Below, piece after piece: positions 31,961 to 43,155 of a stretch of DNA of 64,000 nt. Position 1 is the first letter of the stretch; each line of letters opens with the position of its first letter. Under the pieces are notes generated by a model. It had not been told where the DNA came from and did no database searches. It saw only the letters and a program-made list of their open reading frames with translations. This stretch comes from Hyphochytrium catenoides (lineage: Eukaryota; Protista; Hyphochytriomycota): NCBI GenBank assembly GCA_900088475.1, contig FLMG01000369.1, positions 1 to 64,000 on the forward strand, in the 5' to 3' direction. Both the position numbers and the translations under genes were made by a program.

Positions 31961-33537
31961 GGCAGGCCAGGTGGTGAAACCGCCAAAAAGCTTTCACCCC
32001 TGATGAAAGAATCAAATAATTCTTAAGGGTAATAGTTTATCTATAATGAAGGAGGCTTTTTCTTTCAGGGCACAAATAGATCGTTTAGAACGTTTCCTTC
32101 AGTTAACCACCAAGTACAAGTAGTCAGGTACAAGTACTATAATCCAAGGACTTGGAGCTATGCAAGTGAAGCAGAAGAGTAAATGATGATGGTCGGTTAC
32201 ACTACTACCACCGGTGGAAGAAAAAGCTATTATCATTATAAAACTCTAGTATCCTAAGCTACGAACGCGGATACTCTGGCAGGAGGAAGAAGAAGAGGTA
32301 AGGTGGAGAAGGAAAGAAGATCTCACGCCACCACCACCAGCAGCAAACCCTTCAAAAAGACATATTCTTCGCTTTCATGCGGTGGTTCTTCTTCGACACC
32401 ACTGTCGTCGTCCTCTGATTGATGGCGGTGGGAAGAGCCACTCGTCGGTGGAGCAGAAGTATTATCTCCTCTTGATTCTCATCTTCTTCCTCTTCCTCCT
32501 CCGGGCTGTACCACCAGAAAAGTGCGTGATGATGTTGTTGGTTCGGGCTACTTCTCGCCTTATCCATGTCAGCAAAGCAGTAGGGATGAAGAATGAGGAG
32601 CCCACTAACGAAGGACTCACCGCAAAATTTAGTCGAATGATGAGCAGCCGCTCAACGGGTCTAGGGACAACAGGAGGGTCATTTACAAATATGAAGATCA
32701 GGATTTTCGAAGCGTGTTGAGTTGTCGAGCTTCCTTCCGTCTCTTTGAGTTGGTTCACTTGTTGGTGGGAGCGAGGCGCCGTCATCTTGATGATGTGTGT
32801 CTCATCAAACCGCTTGTGAAGAGATAGAGGAAGCATCGCTTCATCTGCCGTAGTAGTGAATATCATATAAGAAGTTATGATATGCTGGAGCCTTGCCTAC
32901 TATCAGGGCCCTACCCGCCTTCACACCTGCCTTTCCGGGATCATTCATTTATATATGAGGACACGACCCTTGGGAAGAATCAACCTGATGCGTATAATAT
33001 CTGCCTCCTCCAGCAGTCACGTCAACGGCGTTAGATTTTACTGATTATTGATTGTTCTGTTGCGCCTATCATTAGTAGCCTTCTTCTTCGTCTCCCTCTT
33101 ATAATCTGATAAGGAGCTAGCAGCTACTATCCTTTTTTACTTTTTATATAGAGGGAACTGAACCTGTAAGAGCCCTAATACTTCTTGAGCTCTTCCTCTT
33201 CACCTCGTCGTTTTCTTCTCTATCCATTGCTGCTTCATCATTTATTGGTTCCACAGGATAGATGTCAAGACCAGATTGAAGAAATCAAAACCCTGATAAT
33301 CAGTAGATTGATAACCTTTAGTTCTCGAAGTTTTGTCACGCTCTAATACGGAATACATAAATAATATGAAACTTTTATAAAACAAATTAGATCTAAGCTG
33401 CTGTGTGATGGAAGGCTAGATTAATGGTGAACAAAAGGCCCAAAAGCTGAGTAAATAACCATAAAAGAATAAAGTAGTTCTAATAAAACAGTAGAGCAAT
33501 GAGGAAAGCCAGCGAAAGAGCGGGAGCAAAGGTAGAC

Positions 33538-33584
<47 letters not shown>

Positions 33585-33614
33585 CGAAAGGGAGAGAGAC
33601 GAGAGAGAGAGAGC

Positions 33615-33653
<39 letters not shown>

Positions 33654-34333
33654 AGAAAACTGCAACAAGAAAAGAAGAAGCAAGAAGAGGAGACGCCCAA
33701 CTGACCACATTCTACCACTCCGTACCATTATCATTATACTTTACTATAAAACTTAGCTAGGATGATGACGCTGGGTGGGAAAGGAGAAGAAGGAGAAGAG
33801 TGGCCAACCGCGGACTAAAGAGACGGGTGTCTGGGGAAGAGAGACGGAGAAGAGCAGCTCAGAACCAGCAGCAGAGCAGCAGAAGAGGAGATACAGCAGT
33901 AACCTTTTCTTGAGAGTGGAACTCGGTCCAAGTAAAGCAGTCTGCTACCTAGAGACTGAGAACTCTCAGTATCGCTGAGGAGAAGATGAAGAAGGAAGAC
34001 TGGAGAGCATAGTAGGACGAATGCTTATATTCAAGGATAGACTGCATCAAGACCAGAGGCAAGAAGCTACCGACCCAGAGACAGTCATGGTAGGTGAAAG
34101 GAGAAGAGAAGGAGGTTCTTGACCAAGTCCCAGAAGTAGAAGACAACGACGATAACAACGGAGAGAAACAAGATCAAAGACAAAGTAGGGATGAAGGGAT
34201 GAAGGCGATGGGGAGCGACAGCAAAGCGCGTGCTATGTTCCAGCCCCATTCCCTTCTCTCTGTGTCGCTCTCTCTCTTTGTCTGTGTGTCTCTCTCTCTC
34301 TCTCTGAGCCGCCTTCTTGGTCGCTCTCTCTCT

Positions 34334-34365
<32 letters not shown>

Positions 34366-34733
34366 CCTCTCTCATAATATGAGGTTGCTCTTTCTCTCTT
34401 ATCCTCCGTCATCACTCTGCTGGCTTGCTCTCTGAACGCCTGCCATCGGTGCGNNNNNNNNNNNNNNNNNNNNNNNNTCTCTCTCTCTCTCTCTCTCTCT
34501 CTCCCCGTAGTTTTACTTCTTACACTTGCCTCTTTCTTTCTGACTTTGTCCCGCTAGCCTGCTCTCTGGACCAACAAGGATTTGAAGTTAACAACGATCT
34601 GAAGCTTGCCAACTTCCTGTCCCTTCCCTTCAAGCTTCTGTAGAACTCTTGCTGCCTCTCTTGAGTTCTTCCTGTCCTTTCTTTTCTCTCTCCCTCTCCT
34701 TGTGCGGGTATTCTCCTAATAGCAAGATCGGTC

Positions 34734-35705
34734 ATGAAGGGCGAGACAATGAAGAAAACAAGCACCAGAAAGCGAAGAATGGCCACTAGATGCTGGAAAC
34801 CTCGCTCTTCCTTCTTGCTTTTGCTCTTTTTCGCTCTCTCTCTATCCTCTCGTCATCTTCTTAGAAGTGCACAAGCTGCCTTGCGAGCCTCTCCTCCCAA
34901 CGCCCGACGAGCTCCACTGAACGCTCTTACTACTGAGCCGAAGCAATTTGTAAAAACGAAGCCTGAGGCTGCTTCACTCCTGAGGAGAGTTCCGGAGGAC
35001 CGCTCCGCCGGACAGGAGCAGAGTTCTCATCAGCTCTTGGAAGAGGCGAGCAATAGAGTTGTCTTGACAGCAAAAAACGCTGTTGAGGCGTTAAAAGTGT
35101 TGGCAGACATGAAGAAACAGTTCCGAGAGTCGAAGGGTGTCAAGAATCTAATCGCATGGAAGCGGGCGGTTGACAACGTAGCGGAAGTACGTCGTGAGTA
35201 CGAAGCCGACGTGGCCAAATGGAAACGTGTTAGGGATCGGCTACCCTCGGAGCAGAGGAAACAAGTTACGGAGGAGCTGGCTGGCAGAATGACAGGAATT
35301 CTTTCACGCCTGAGAACTACGATAGACATCGAGTCTGGGGAAATTTCAAGTCACAGTGCAAACCTCCTCCGCGTTGCTTGGCATGGCGTTGTCACGAGAA
35401 GAACGGCTCTTATTAGCGCCTCAACACGCTCCACACAGAAGAAGAGGCAGCACCAAACGTCGAAGCGTCAGGAAGATAAAATTGCATGGGAACGGGCAGC
35501 CGAAGAAAAAGCTGAGGCCTTGAAGGAATACAATGCCGCTATGAAGCGCTGGAAAATTCTTAATGACCGGCTATTCTCGCAGAGGAAGGTGGAGAATAAC
35601 AACAGAAGGCTTAACGGCATCAGTGAGACTAACAGAATTATGAAAGCATTGATAAACTTGGACTACAGTCGAATAGGAGAAGATTGGAGCACTTTAACGC
35701 CATAG
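34734..35705 (+). CDS. Intronless predicted secreted helical-repeat protein, subfamily A (323 aa, probably C-terminally truncated)
   Basis: Basic leader STRKRR, hydrophobic FLLLLFFALSL, AQA cleavage-like site, and two ~110-aa repeats (AWKRAV…EYEA / AWERAA…EYNA). Paralogous to 38400..39674 at protein and DNA level in the leader. Confidence 0.75.
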   Translation: MKGETMKKTSTRKRRMATRCWKPRSSFLLLLFFALSLSSRHLLRSAQAALRASPPNARRAPLNALTTEPKQFVKTKPEAASLLRRVPEDRSAGQEQSSHQLLEEASNRVVLTAKNAVEALKVLADMKKQFRESKGVKNLIAWKRAVDNVAEVRREYEADVAKWKRVRDRLPSEQRKQVTEELAGRMTGILSRLRTTIDIESGEISSHSANLLRVAWHGVVTRRTALISASTRSTQKKRQHQTSKRQEDKIAWERAAEEKAEALKEYNAAMKRWKILNDRLFSQRKVENNNRRLNGISETNRIMKALINLDYSRIGEDWSTLTP

Positions 35706-35913
35706 AAGCATGCTACTATGTCGCTTGGCTGAGTGCGGAAGAGGAGAATGCGAAGGTGAGGCACTTTGTACAAGCGCGGCCAAAGTGACCGAAAGGAAGC
35801 GCACTCTGGGACATAATGCAGCCTCTCCGAAGCATCAAAGTGCTGTCAATGGTCAGCCACTACCAGGGACAGAAGACCCAAGACGAGCCCTAATAGCTGT
35901 AGACCTCTTATAG
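35706..35913 (+). pseudogene. Decayed third repeat of the 34734 gene beyond its TAG
   Basis: After the stop the DNA reads KHAT-(frameshift)-VAWLSAEEENA, matching EHAATVALRNAEEKYV of the 38400 paralog. HNAA…PLP further on echoes YENAA…PLPS. Confidence 0.55.
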
Positions 35914-38399
35914 AATGGAGAAGTCAGATAGCAGCAGCAGCACTTTCAGCTGAGCTATCCAACCGCCTCGGCGATCGTTGAGGACAGCTACTAACCTGCT
36001 TGCAGCCATGCTCCAATGCCAAAGAGAAGGTTCTGTTGACGGTGATCCCAGTCATCAGACACTGTTTCTTCCTTGTCGAGTTCATGTTTCTTCTGTCTCT
36101 TCTCTCTGTGCTTCTACTTCTTATATATAGCAGAATATCATAACTGCTTTCTAGGTGAACGTTTGCGCCGCCTGACATTTCTACTTAATCGAAAGACTTT
36201 ATCAACAGTTTCCAGGAGCACTTCTTGGATCAGTGCTTTAGCTCTAACATAGAGAGTGCTTTTCTAGCTCTATGACAAAGAGAGAGAGCCTCAAACCTAC
36301 TATGGACGCACGTTGGAGCGAAGCAAGAAGGTCAAAGCTATCGTGCACCTGCAAAAGTTGCTATAATCCAATAAGAAGGAAGAAGACAGTGTAGCTGGAC
36401 GTAGTTTTAAAGGCCTCCACGGAGTAGTAGGTGCAGCATATTATGGCCCAACATCTCTCCTAGGAACACTGATGGCTTGTGGCTCACAAGCTACAGGGCA
36501 ACATCGAAGCACGCTGTCGTGATTCTATCTAATCACTGGTCCATTGGAGCTATGTAAATATCCCATGCCATTATCGTGTTCAGCAAGGACATCGTAACTC
36601 CTCCACTACCTCATCATTAGTCATCTGAAGCTGGACTAGAGCGAGCAGACAGCCGAAGGGTAGAGCATATCAAGAGGGTAGAGCATATCAGTAACAACGT
36701 CGGAGGACAAGGAACTTGAAGGACTCATAGTCTGCCCTCGTGAGGGTGGTGCTAACCAAGGTCAGAAATGCGTTCAGGACGTTCTCCTTCACATGCTTTC
36801 GAGGACTCTGGTTTGAAGTTTTTCGTGGGAGCTTCGGCGGGCCCAACCAGAAGCCTGGAGATTAACCGGTACGTGGTGATTGCTTCAAGTGCTGTTCAGG
36901 ACACGGCTCTTGATGAATGTGTCCCATGGCGAACTCGCTGCCATCCAGACCCCTTCCTTATACAGCAGTACATGTCGCGCAACAGGGTCGATAGTCTTGG
37001 AGCAGCGAGCAATATGAAGAAGTATGAGGCTGCAGGGCTGCAGTTTGTCCAGATAATTTTTGAGTGTTTAGAGGTAGTTTGCCTTCTATCCTTGATTGCG
37101 TGCAGCGCTTCCTAAGAAGCTTCACGAAGATCACTCTGTATTCACTTGATGCTTTCCGGCATCGTGGTCGTCATGGTCTCGCTCTTATGATGGCTTGAAT
37201 CGTTCACCCTATTAGAGACTCCTTAGCCATCCATGGGAAACGATGCTCTTGAGATCCTAAAGTTATTCTTCTTTCGCCAGAGTTAGACCCTCCTTCTTCG
37301 CTGACTTGCCTGCTCGAGTGCGATGACATGATCATGCTCTTCATGCCTCTTTCCCGCCTCTTTCCCGTCCCTTTCTCCTATTTGTTACTGCCGAGGACAT
37401 CAACTACTAGGAGGTTTCCTTTTCTTCAGTTGTTCTAATAATAATGTTGATCATAGACAGGGGTGGAAGGCGTTGATGAAGGGGACCAAGACTTCGTAAC
37501 TCTTGCTGCTTCTTCTTCTCCTTCTCTTTTCTCTTTTAATCGAGTAGTAGTAGTAATGCATCATCGTGATATAATAAGTAAAAAACAAGCAACAGAACGT
37601 GAATAAACCTGGAAATAAGGGCCCTTTATTATTTTTATAAAGGGTTTTATAGAAATTAATTCTGAGTAGGCGATGGAAGTTTATAAGCAAGTTTGGTATA
37701 CACCTTATTTTTAGGGTTAGGGTCATTAGCCTTTTAGACTACTGCTACTCGTACTGCTATGCTAGAATAGTGCTGTGTGTTTTGGTAGTGAGGGCATCTC
37801 TGCGGGCAGTCAGTAGTCAGTTCACTACTACCGTTGAAAGCCTTACTACTCGCTTTGGTTGAGGATCTTTCTTTCTCTCTTGCGGCTGCTGGCCGCTCCA
37901 TTCAGCTTTTATGATTTCCTACCGTCGTCTTTATATAATCCGTATAGATCTAATGAGTCCAGCTAACATAATGGTTGGCGGGGTATCCTGCTCTTTCTCG
38001 CGCCTACGAAGGGCCAATGACAGATCTTTGAAGCGGCGGAGACACTCCGACTCTACTACTAAGTATCTCTGTCTAGATAAGAGAGAGTTCGTGGCACTTC
38101 TCTCTTTCTCTGTGACTCCGTCTCTCTCTGTCTCTTCTCTAGCTCCATCTCTTTCTCGGTGCCTTTTCCTTCCATGCCTCGGAGGCCAAACGTATGGCTT
38201 CTGGCTTCATCACCGCAGGGAAGCCCCTGTTCCCATTGAGCAGACTCCTGTAGAGGCATACAGCTACGGCCCGCGGCTCTCCCGTCCCTCGGATTTCTTT
38301 GCATAGCACTGTCTTCTCCCCTGCTCTGTCAATTTGGAGGATAGTTCTATTATTAGCTTCATTCTTCAGAACTGACAGTGCCAAGAAGCGTCTACGATA

Positions 38400-39674
38400 A
38401 TGGCGTATCATAACGGAGAAGACGATAGAAGAATCAGAAAGGGAAGAGTTACGTTTAATTGGCGAAAACCTTGCCCTTCCCTTTTGCTTTTGCTCTTTCT
38501 TGCTCTCTCTCTCTCCCTTTTCGTCTCCCGGAATGCAGAAGCTACTCGTTCCTCTCGACTCCCAACAGGAGGTATTCACAGCAGCCCCAAAGTCCCGAAG
38601 GAGCCTGCAGCCGGTAAACGTTGGAGCACTCAAGGAATAGACTCTGTAGGAAAGAAGCTGTCACAGGCCCCAAAGGCATTTCTGGCATTTCTGCGCACTC
38701 TTAAATCCAACAGAGAGCGCTCTCGGGCCATCAAAAGTGCCTGGGATGACCTTAACGAGAAAGGGTGGTCATCTCTAAGGACTTTAGAACTATTAGAAGA
38801 GAAGAAGGGACAGTTTTCACAGTCCAAAGGTAAATATGAGCTAAGAGAATGGAAAGAGGCAGCCAGGAGAGCAGAAACAGCAGTTCAAGAATATGAGAAT
38901 GCCGCGAACACCTTTAGAAGCCTTACTGAGCCGCTACCATCGAAGAAGAGAGAGGCTGTTGCTGACATGGCTGGTATTCTCAACAATATTGGGGAATGGA
39001 GAGCTAGGATTGAGAAACACAATAGTGAGATCTTAAAAAGCTCCGAGGAGGAGGTTGCCCGGAACTGGAATGACCTTAGCGAGAAAGAGCACGCTGCCAC
39101 CGTTGCCTTGAGGAATGCGGAAGAGAAATATGTGCGTCAAGATGCAGAGCAGATGAGTCTGGAGGAGCTAGAAGTATGGAAGAGGGCACTAGACGGAGTA
39201 AGAAAGGCACTCAAGGACTATGAGGAAGCCGCGAATGCCTTGAAAGGCCTCGGTGATCTGCTGCCCTCGCAGAAGAAGGCCGTCGTCGAAGACAATGCCT
39301 TCATGGCTATCGAGAATATTAAAATATGGAGGGCAAAGATAGAAGCAGATCATTGGCAAGCCTCAAGGTTCATCGCTGTCCTCAGATGGAAGCCCTATAC
39401 TGAGGCTCGGACAGCGGTTGACGACGCAGTGAATTTTGCGGTTGAGAAGGCGGAACAGGCGTTAACAACAACAAAAAGTCCAGAGAAGCTCACAGAGTGG
39501 AGTGAGGCATACAAGAAAGCCATGGATGCACTAAAGGCCTATGAAAGAGCCGGACAAAAGCTCAACGACGAGCTTGCTCCTGAAATGGCTCCACCGTCGA
39601 TGGCCGAAGTAAAGTCCAACGTCGAGGTTGCCTTCGGAAGACTCAACGGGTTGCAACTTCAGATAGAGCTATGA
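38400..39674 (+). CDS. Intronless predicted secreted helical-repeat protein, subfamily A (424 aa, three ~108-aa repeats)
   Basis: Long open frame with leader RIRKGR…KPCPSLLLLLFLALSLSLF…AEA. Repeat anchors at W115/W223/W330, W151/W260/W367 and Y165/Y274/Y381. Confidence 0.85.
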   Translation: MAYHNGEDDRRIRKGRVTFNWRKPCPSLLLLLFLALSLSLFVSRNAEATRSSRLPTGGIHSSPKVPKEPAAGKRWSTQGIDSVGKKLSQAPKAFLAFLRTLKSNRERSRAIKSAWDDLNEKGWSSLRTLELLEEKKGQFSQSKGKYELREWKEAARRAETAVQEYENAANTFRSLTEPLPSKKREAVADMAGILNNIGEWRARIEKHNSEILKSSEEEVARNWNDLSEKEHAATVALRNAEEKYVRQDAEQMSLEELEVWKRALDGVRKALKDYEEAANALKGLGDLLPSQKKAVVEDNAFMAIENIKIWRAKIEADHWQASRFIAVLRWKPYTEARTAVDDAVNFAVEKAEQALTTTKSPEKLTEWSEAYKKAMDALKAYERAGQKLNDELAPEMAPPSMAEVKSNVEVAFGRLNGLQLQIEL

Positions 39675-42219
39675 CCTAAACCAGGGCGCTTCCAGTGTGA
39701 TGGTTGTTGTTCGAACGCCTGGCAGACCTTTCATGGCAAAAGATCCGCGCGCTAGAAAGCAAGGTGAAGAGCATGACGAAGGTACGGAGAGAGTAATAGG
39801 CAAAGCGCTGAGACGATGCGGTCATCCTTTCGCGCTCATGGCCTGAAGATTGGCCCCTGGCTGTGGCATGTCATCACCTGCCTCAATATCCTGATGTCGT
39901 GCAATAATGACAGCCTCCTTCCACGCCTTTGTCCTCTTTCTGACCTCCAAAAGTGTTGAAGAGATTATTACATGTGGGCTTCACTCATCACGCGGTATAT
40001 CTTCTGGGTTGCGTAGAGAGAGAGAGAGAGAGAAAGACAGAGGGATAGAGAGACCATAATGGAAACTGTTATTAGGAAAGGACAAGCAAGACCTTCAAAT
40101 GGCGCGAGAGACAAGGAGTTAGTTGGACCGCAATGCCAGGACGCTTTATGAGATGAATAGATGGGTAGATAGAAAGAGCGGGGAGGACCAGACCAGAAAG
40201 CGCTATCGATCGAGCAGACTAGGAGACAGAAAACTCTTGAACATCTACTGGGTCTATGGCAGTTGTAGCTGTAAGAAGAGCAGCATGGGCGTTTCCGGTA
40301 GGCGCACATTCTATTAGATCTGTACGGTGAGGACGAGGACGTGCGTGACTAAGACCGTCAACAACCGCGCTCTGGCGTTGATGATGAGCACCGTGCTTCT
40401 TCCTCTTACGCCTGAGGTACTACTGTCTCTACTGTTTACGTACTTCTAATCTCGACGGTTTGGATGATGCTTAGTGTCTCTGTGTCTAGCGTGTAAGTGC
40501 CCATTAGTATTCTATGACATCTTTATTATGATGACCACGGACTGCGCAACAAGCTTGAGCATCCATCGCTTATTCTGGCTATCTAGGGCTGGTGGGAGTC
40601 AATGAGTCTTCTCTCCTGTTCTCTCCGCTTCGTTTCACTATATCTGGCGGATGGATCCGGTTCCTATCAGCCCTCCTCTGCTTGTCACTTTTTCTTTACG
40701 CTTCTATTCCTAGGCAGACTCCTTCTTACTCATCTTCTAATCTCCATCAGTAGTGAGCAAGAGCCCTGATCAGTCGTCTTTTAATTGCATCATAATCCCG
40801 TGATAGACTTCAAAAATAAACATCAGTGTCACGGCCGTCCTTGGCAAGAACCGCAGGCACCAAACGGGGCCAGCAGCAGCGTCTAGTTCTAAACGCGACA
40901 AATACGTGGTACACTCTACTACTGATAACACATCCCAAGTAAACTCATACTCTTCCTCCACACAGAGTATCTGCCGCGCGTCTAAGATCCATCCTTGTCC
41001 GGGATACGGAACAGAGGCTAGGAATCTACGGAGAGTTGACCATCGTCATCAAACCGCCATTTACCGCTAAACACAGAGGACACGAGTAATAGGTTACTGG
41101 CTGGTACTGAATGGGATAAGGACACTGATACCACGGAGCAGGGAACAGAAGTTTATAATAATACTAGGAAACAGTGCGATGGAAACAGACAGGCAGTGCT
41201 GGTCACCGCTGCAGAGTCGTTGCTAGAACCAGCTAACCCCTGGTTCCTTTTTTTCGATAAAGTCCGTCTTCCAAGCCCAGACAGTAGCGTCCTCCTACTA
41301 CTCAGTCTCCTACGACTGAACTGCGTCATCGTTATTCTTAGTTTCTTATTGAGCAGGCTCCTTCTTGTCCAGAACGCGCCAGAATTTTTTTGCTCTATAA
41401 ATCAAAGCGATAGCCTTCTAGCTTTCCCCTGCTGTTCCCATCTTTAGGGCTACTTTTTCCTCTCTTTTTTTTGTCCTATCTTCCTGCTTCTTTCCTCTGA
41501 AGACCTGGTGTCTTCCTCTGTTCACTGAGGTAGAACTACCTCCTGAGGTGTGCGCTGGTCCCGTTCCTTCTCATTCAGCCCTCGACCACGTCAAAAGACG
41601 AAGAAGACAGACCTAAAGTAACTGGCTTTCGGTCCCTTTCTAGCTCTGTTATCTTTGAGGATAGTTCTAGAAAAAAGGAGTTGAGTCTTTTTGTATCTCT
41701 CTCTGTCTCTCTCTCTCTGTCTCTCGCTGTCGCTCTCCTCCTCTCTCTGTCTCTCTGTCTCTCTCCACCTTGCTCGCTCAAGTAGCCCTCTTTCCCTCAT
41801 TCTTTCGCTAAACTACTCCGAAGGAGGAGAGAAGAAGAACACGAGCAAGAGGTACTTGTAAGCCCTACAACGTCCTGGTCTACGCACTCGTTATCGGAAA
41901 GAGAGAAACCACTTTCTTCTTTTCTCTCTTCTCTCTCTTCTTTATCACTCGAGATGATCAAAGAAGGGACAAAGAGGAAGAGTCAAGAGACGGGAGAGAA
42001 CATAGACAAAGCGTCCATTGTTCCACTGGTTCTTCTTATAGGCTTTCCCTTAGCAAATGCGCTCTGGTCTATCCGTAGAGGGCAGCGGCAGGTAGACATG
42101 TCTTTGACTTGGGCCAGCCTTGCTACATTCCATTCCACAATCTCCACTGATGCATTGAGGAGGCACAGGTGGGGAAGCGCCATCCACGACGAAGGTTTTG
42201 AGCAGAACTGCGACCGTCA

Positions 42220-42918
42220 TTGTGGCAGGGACACCTTGCTGTTAGTACTATGACTCTGAGCTCAGCGCCGATGACCTCCAGAGGACCACGGAAGCAGAGT
42301 GTTCAAAGGGCTGGGCAGCTCTTCTTACGGCGGCGCTGCTTTTCCTATTCCTTCCTCCATCTTCTCTTTGTCGTCTCTCTTTTCTCTCTTCTAGGGCTGG
42401 AAAGTAGCGAAGCTTTGGGATTTCCGCGAGTTTCGAAGGTGAAGGCCACCTTGACAAAGAGCTTGAGTTCACTGAAGCACAACGGCGAAGCGTGGCTCTA
42501 TCGGAAGGGAATTAAGAAGCCAAAGATACCGGCCGGGACACAACTCTACGATAACGTGCTATCCGATGGGCTGTGGAAAAAGGCTAAGGACGGCCTTGAG
42601 GAGGCGGATTCTTTGATGACTACCTCAGAACAGGCTGCGAAAGAGACACTCAGAAACGTGAGGTCTAAACTGCGAGCCACGAAGACCGATCTGAACAAAG
42701 CATTCGAGGAAGCGATAGCAGGCATAAAAGCGACGTCCCGTGAAGACAGACAGCTGCAGATTGCCCAGATCAATCACAGATACGATATCCTCAATAAGAA
42801 GCATAAGGATCTACAGAGTAGGTTGATATTCTACCAGCGCCTTGAACTTGGGAGGAAATTCGGACTAGTTCCCGGGTCGGATGGCGCAAACTTAAGAGGC
42901 GCGAACATGCGTGAATAA
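42220..42918 (+). CDS. Intronless predicted secreted helical protein, subfamily B (likely ATG start at 42249 or 42270)
   Basis: RRRCF leader, hydrophobic FLHLLFVVSLFSLLGL, SSEA cleavage-like site, Lys-rich amphipathic segment and coiled-coil body. Clear paralog at 45041-45713. Confidence 0.8.
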   Translation: MWQGHLAVSTMTLSSAPMTSRGPRKQSVQRAGQLFLRRRCFSYSFLHLLFVVSLFSLLGLESSEALGFPRVSKVKATLTKSLSSLKHNGEAWLYRKGIKKPKIPAGTQLYDNVLSDGLWKKAKDGLEEADSLMTTSEQAAKETLRNVRSKLRATKTDLNKAFEEAIAGIKATSREDRQLQIAQINHRYDILNKKHKDLQSRLIFYQRLELGRKFGLVPGSDGANLRGANMRE

Positions 42919-43155
42919 ATGACGGTGGTCGACGATTTCAGCGCAATGTTTTGAGCTCCGCACAAAGTTCACACTGCTGACCTCACTCCCGAGGATGTGC
43001 ATGACATAAGACCGTCGTCATCCTCCGCTCTCAGGCGGTGATGATGAGCATTGTGCCTTTCTTTGCCTGATATACCTGAGCTGCTACCGTCTTCTCTGCA
43101 GTTTCCCTACTACTAATCTCACAGTTTGGATGATGCTTGGTGCGTCTCTGTCTAT

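Noticed and set aside
32000-33400. Short similarities with 56900-57650 (e.g. tcacgcca, cattta, tgatatg words) suggesting a dispersed repeat family
   Set aside because: Matches are too short to separate from chance without an alignment.
34840-34870. RHLLR after the hydrophobic core read as a canonical N-terminal RxLR effector motif
   Set aside because: It does not match RxLR, lies before the likely cleavage site, has no EER, and is absent from paralogs.
36180-37130. Possible decayed DNA-transposon (MULE/SWIM-like) coding remnant
   Set aside because: Only scattered Cys/His words in broken frames; no DDE motif, terminal inverted repeats or TSD could be identified.
43036-43085. C/D-box snoRNA-like pattern (TGATGA…CTGA), also at ~40379-40415
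   Set aside because: Box spacing is only ~30-40 nt, there is no convincing terminal stem or rRNA guide, and both copies are explained by the segmental duplication.
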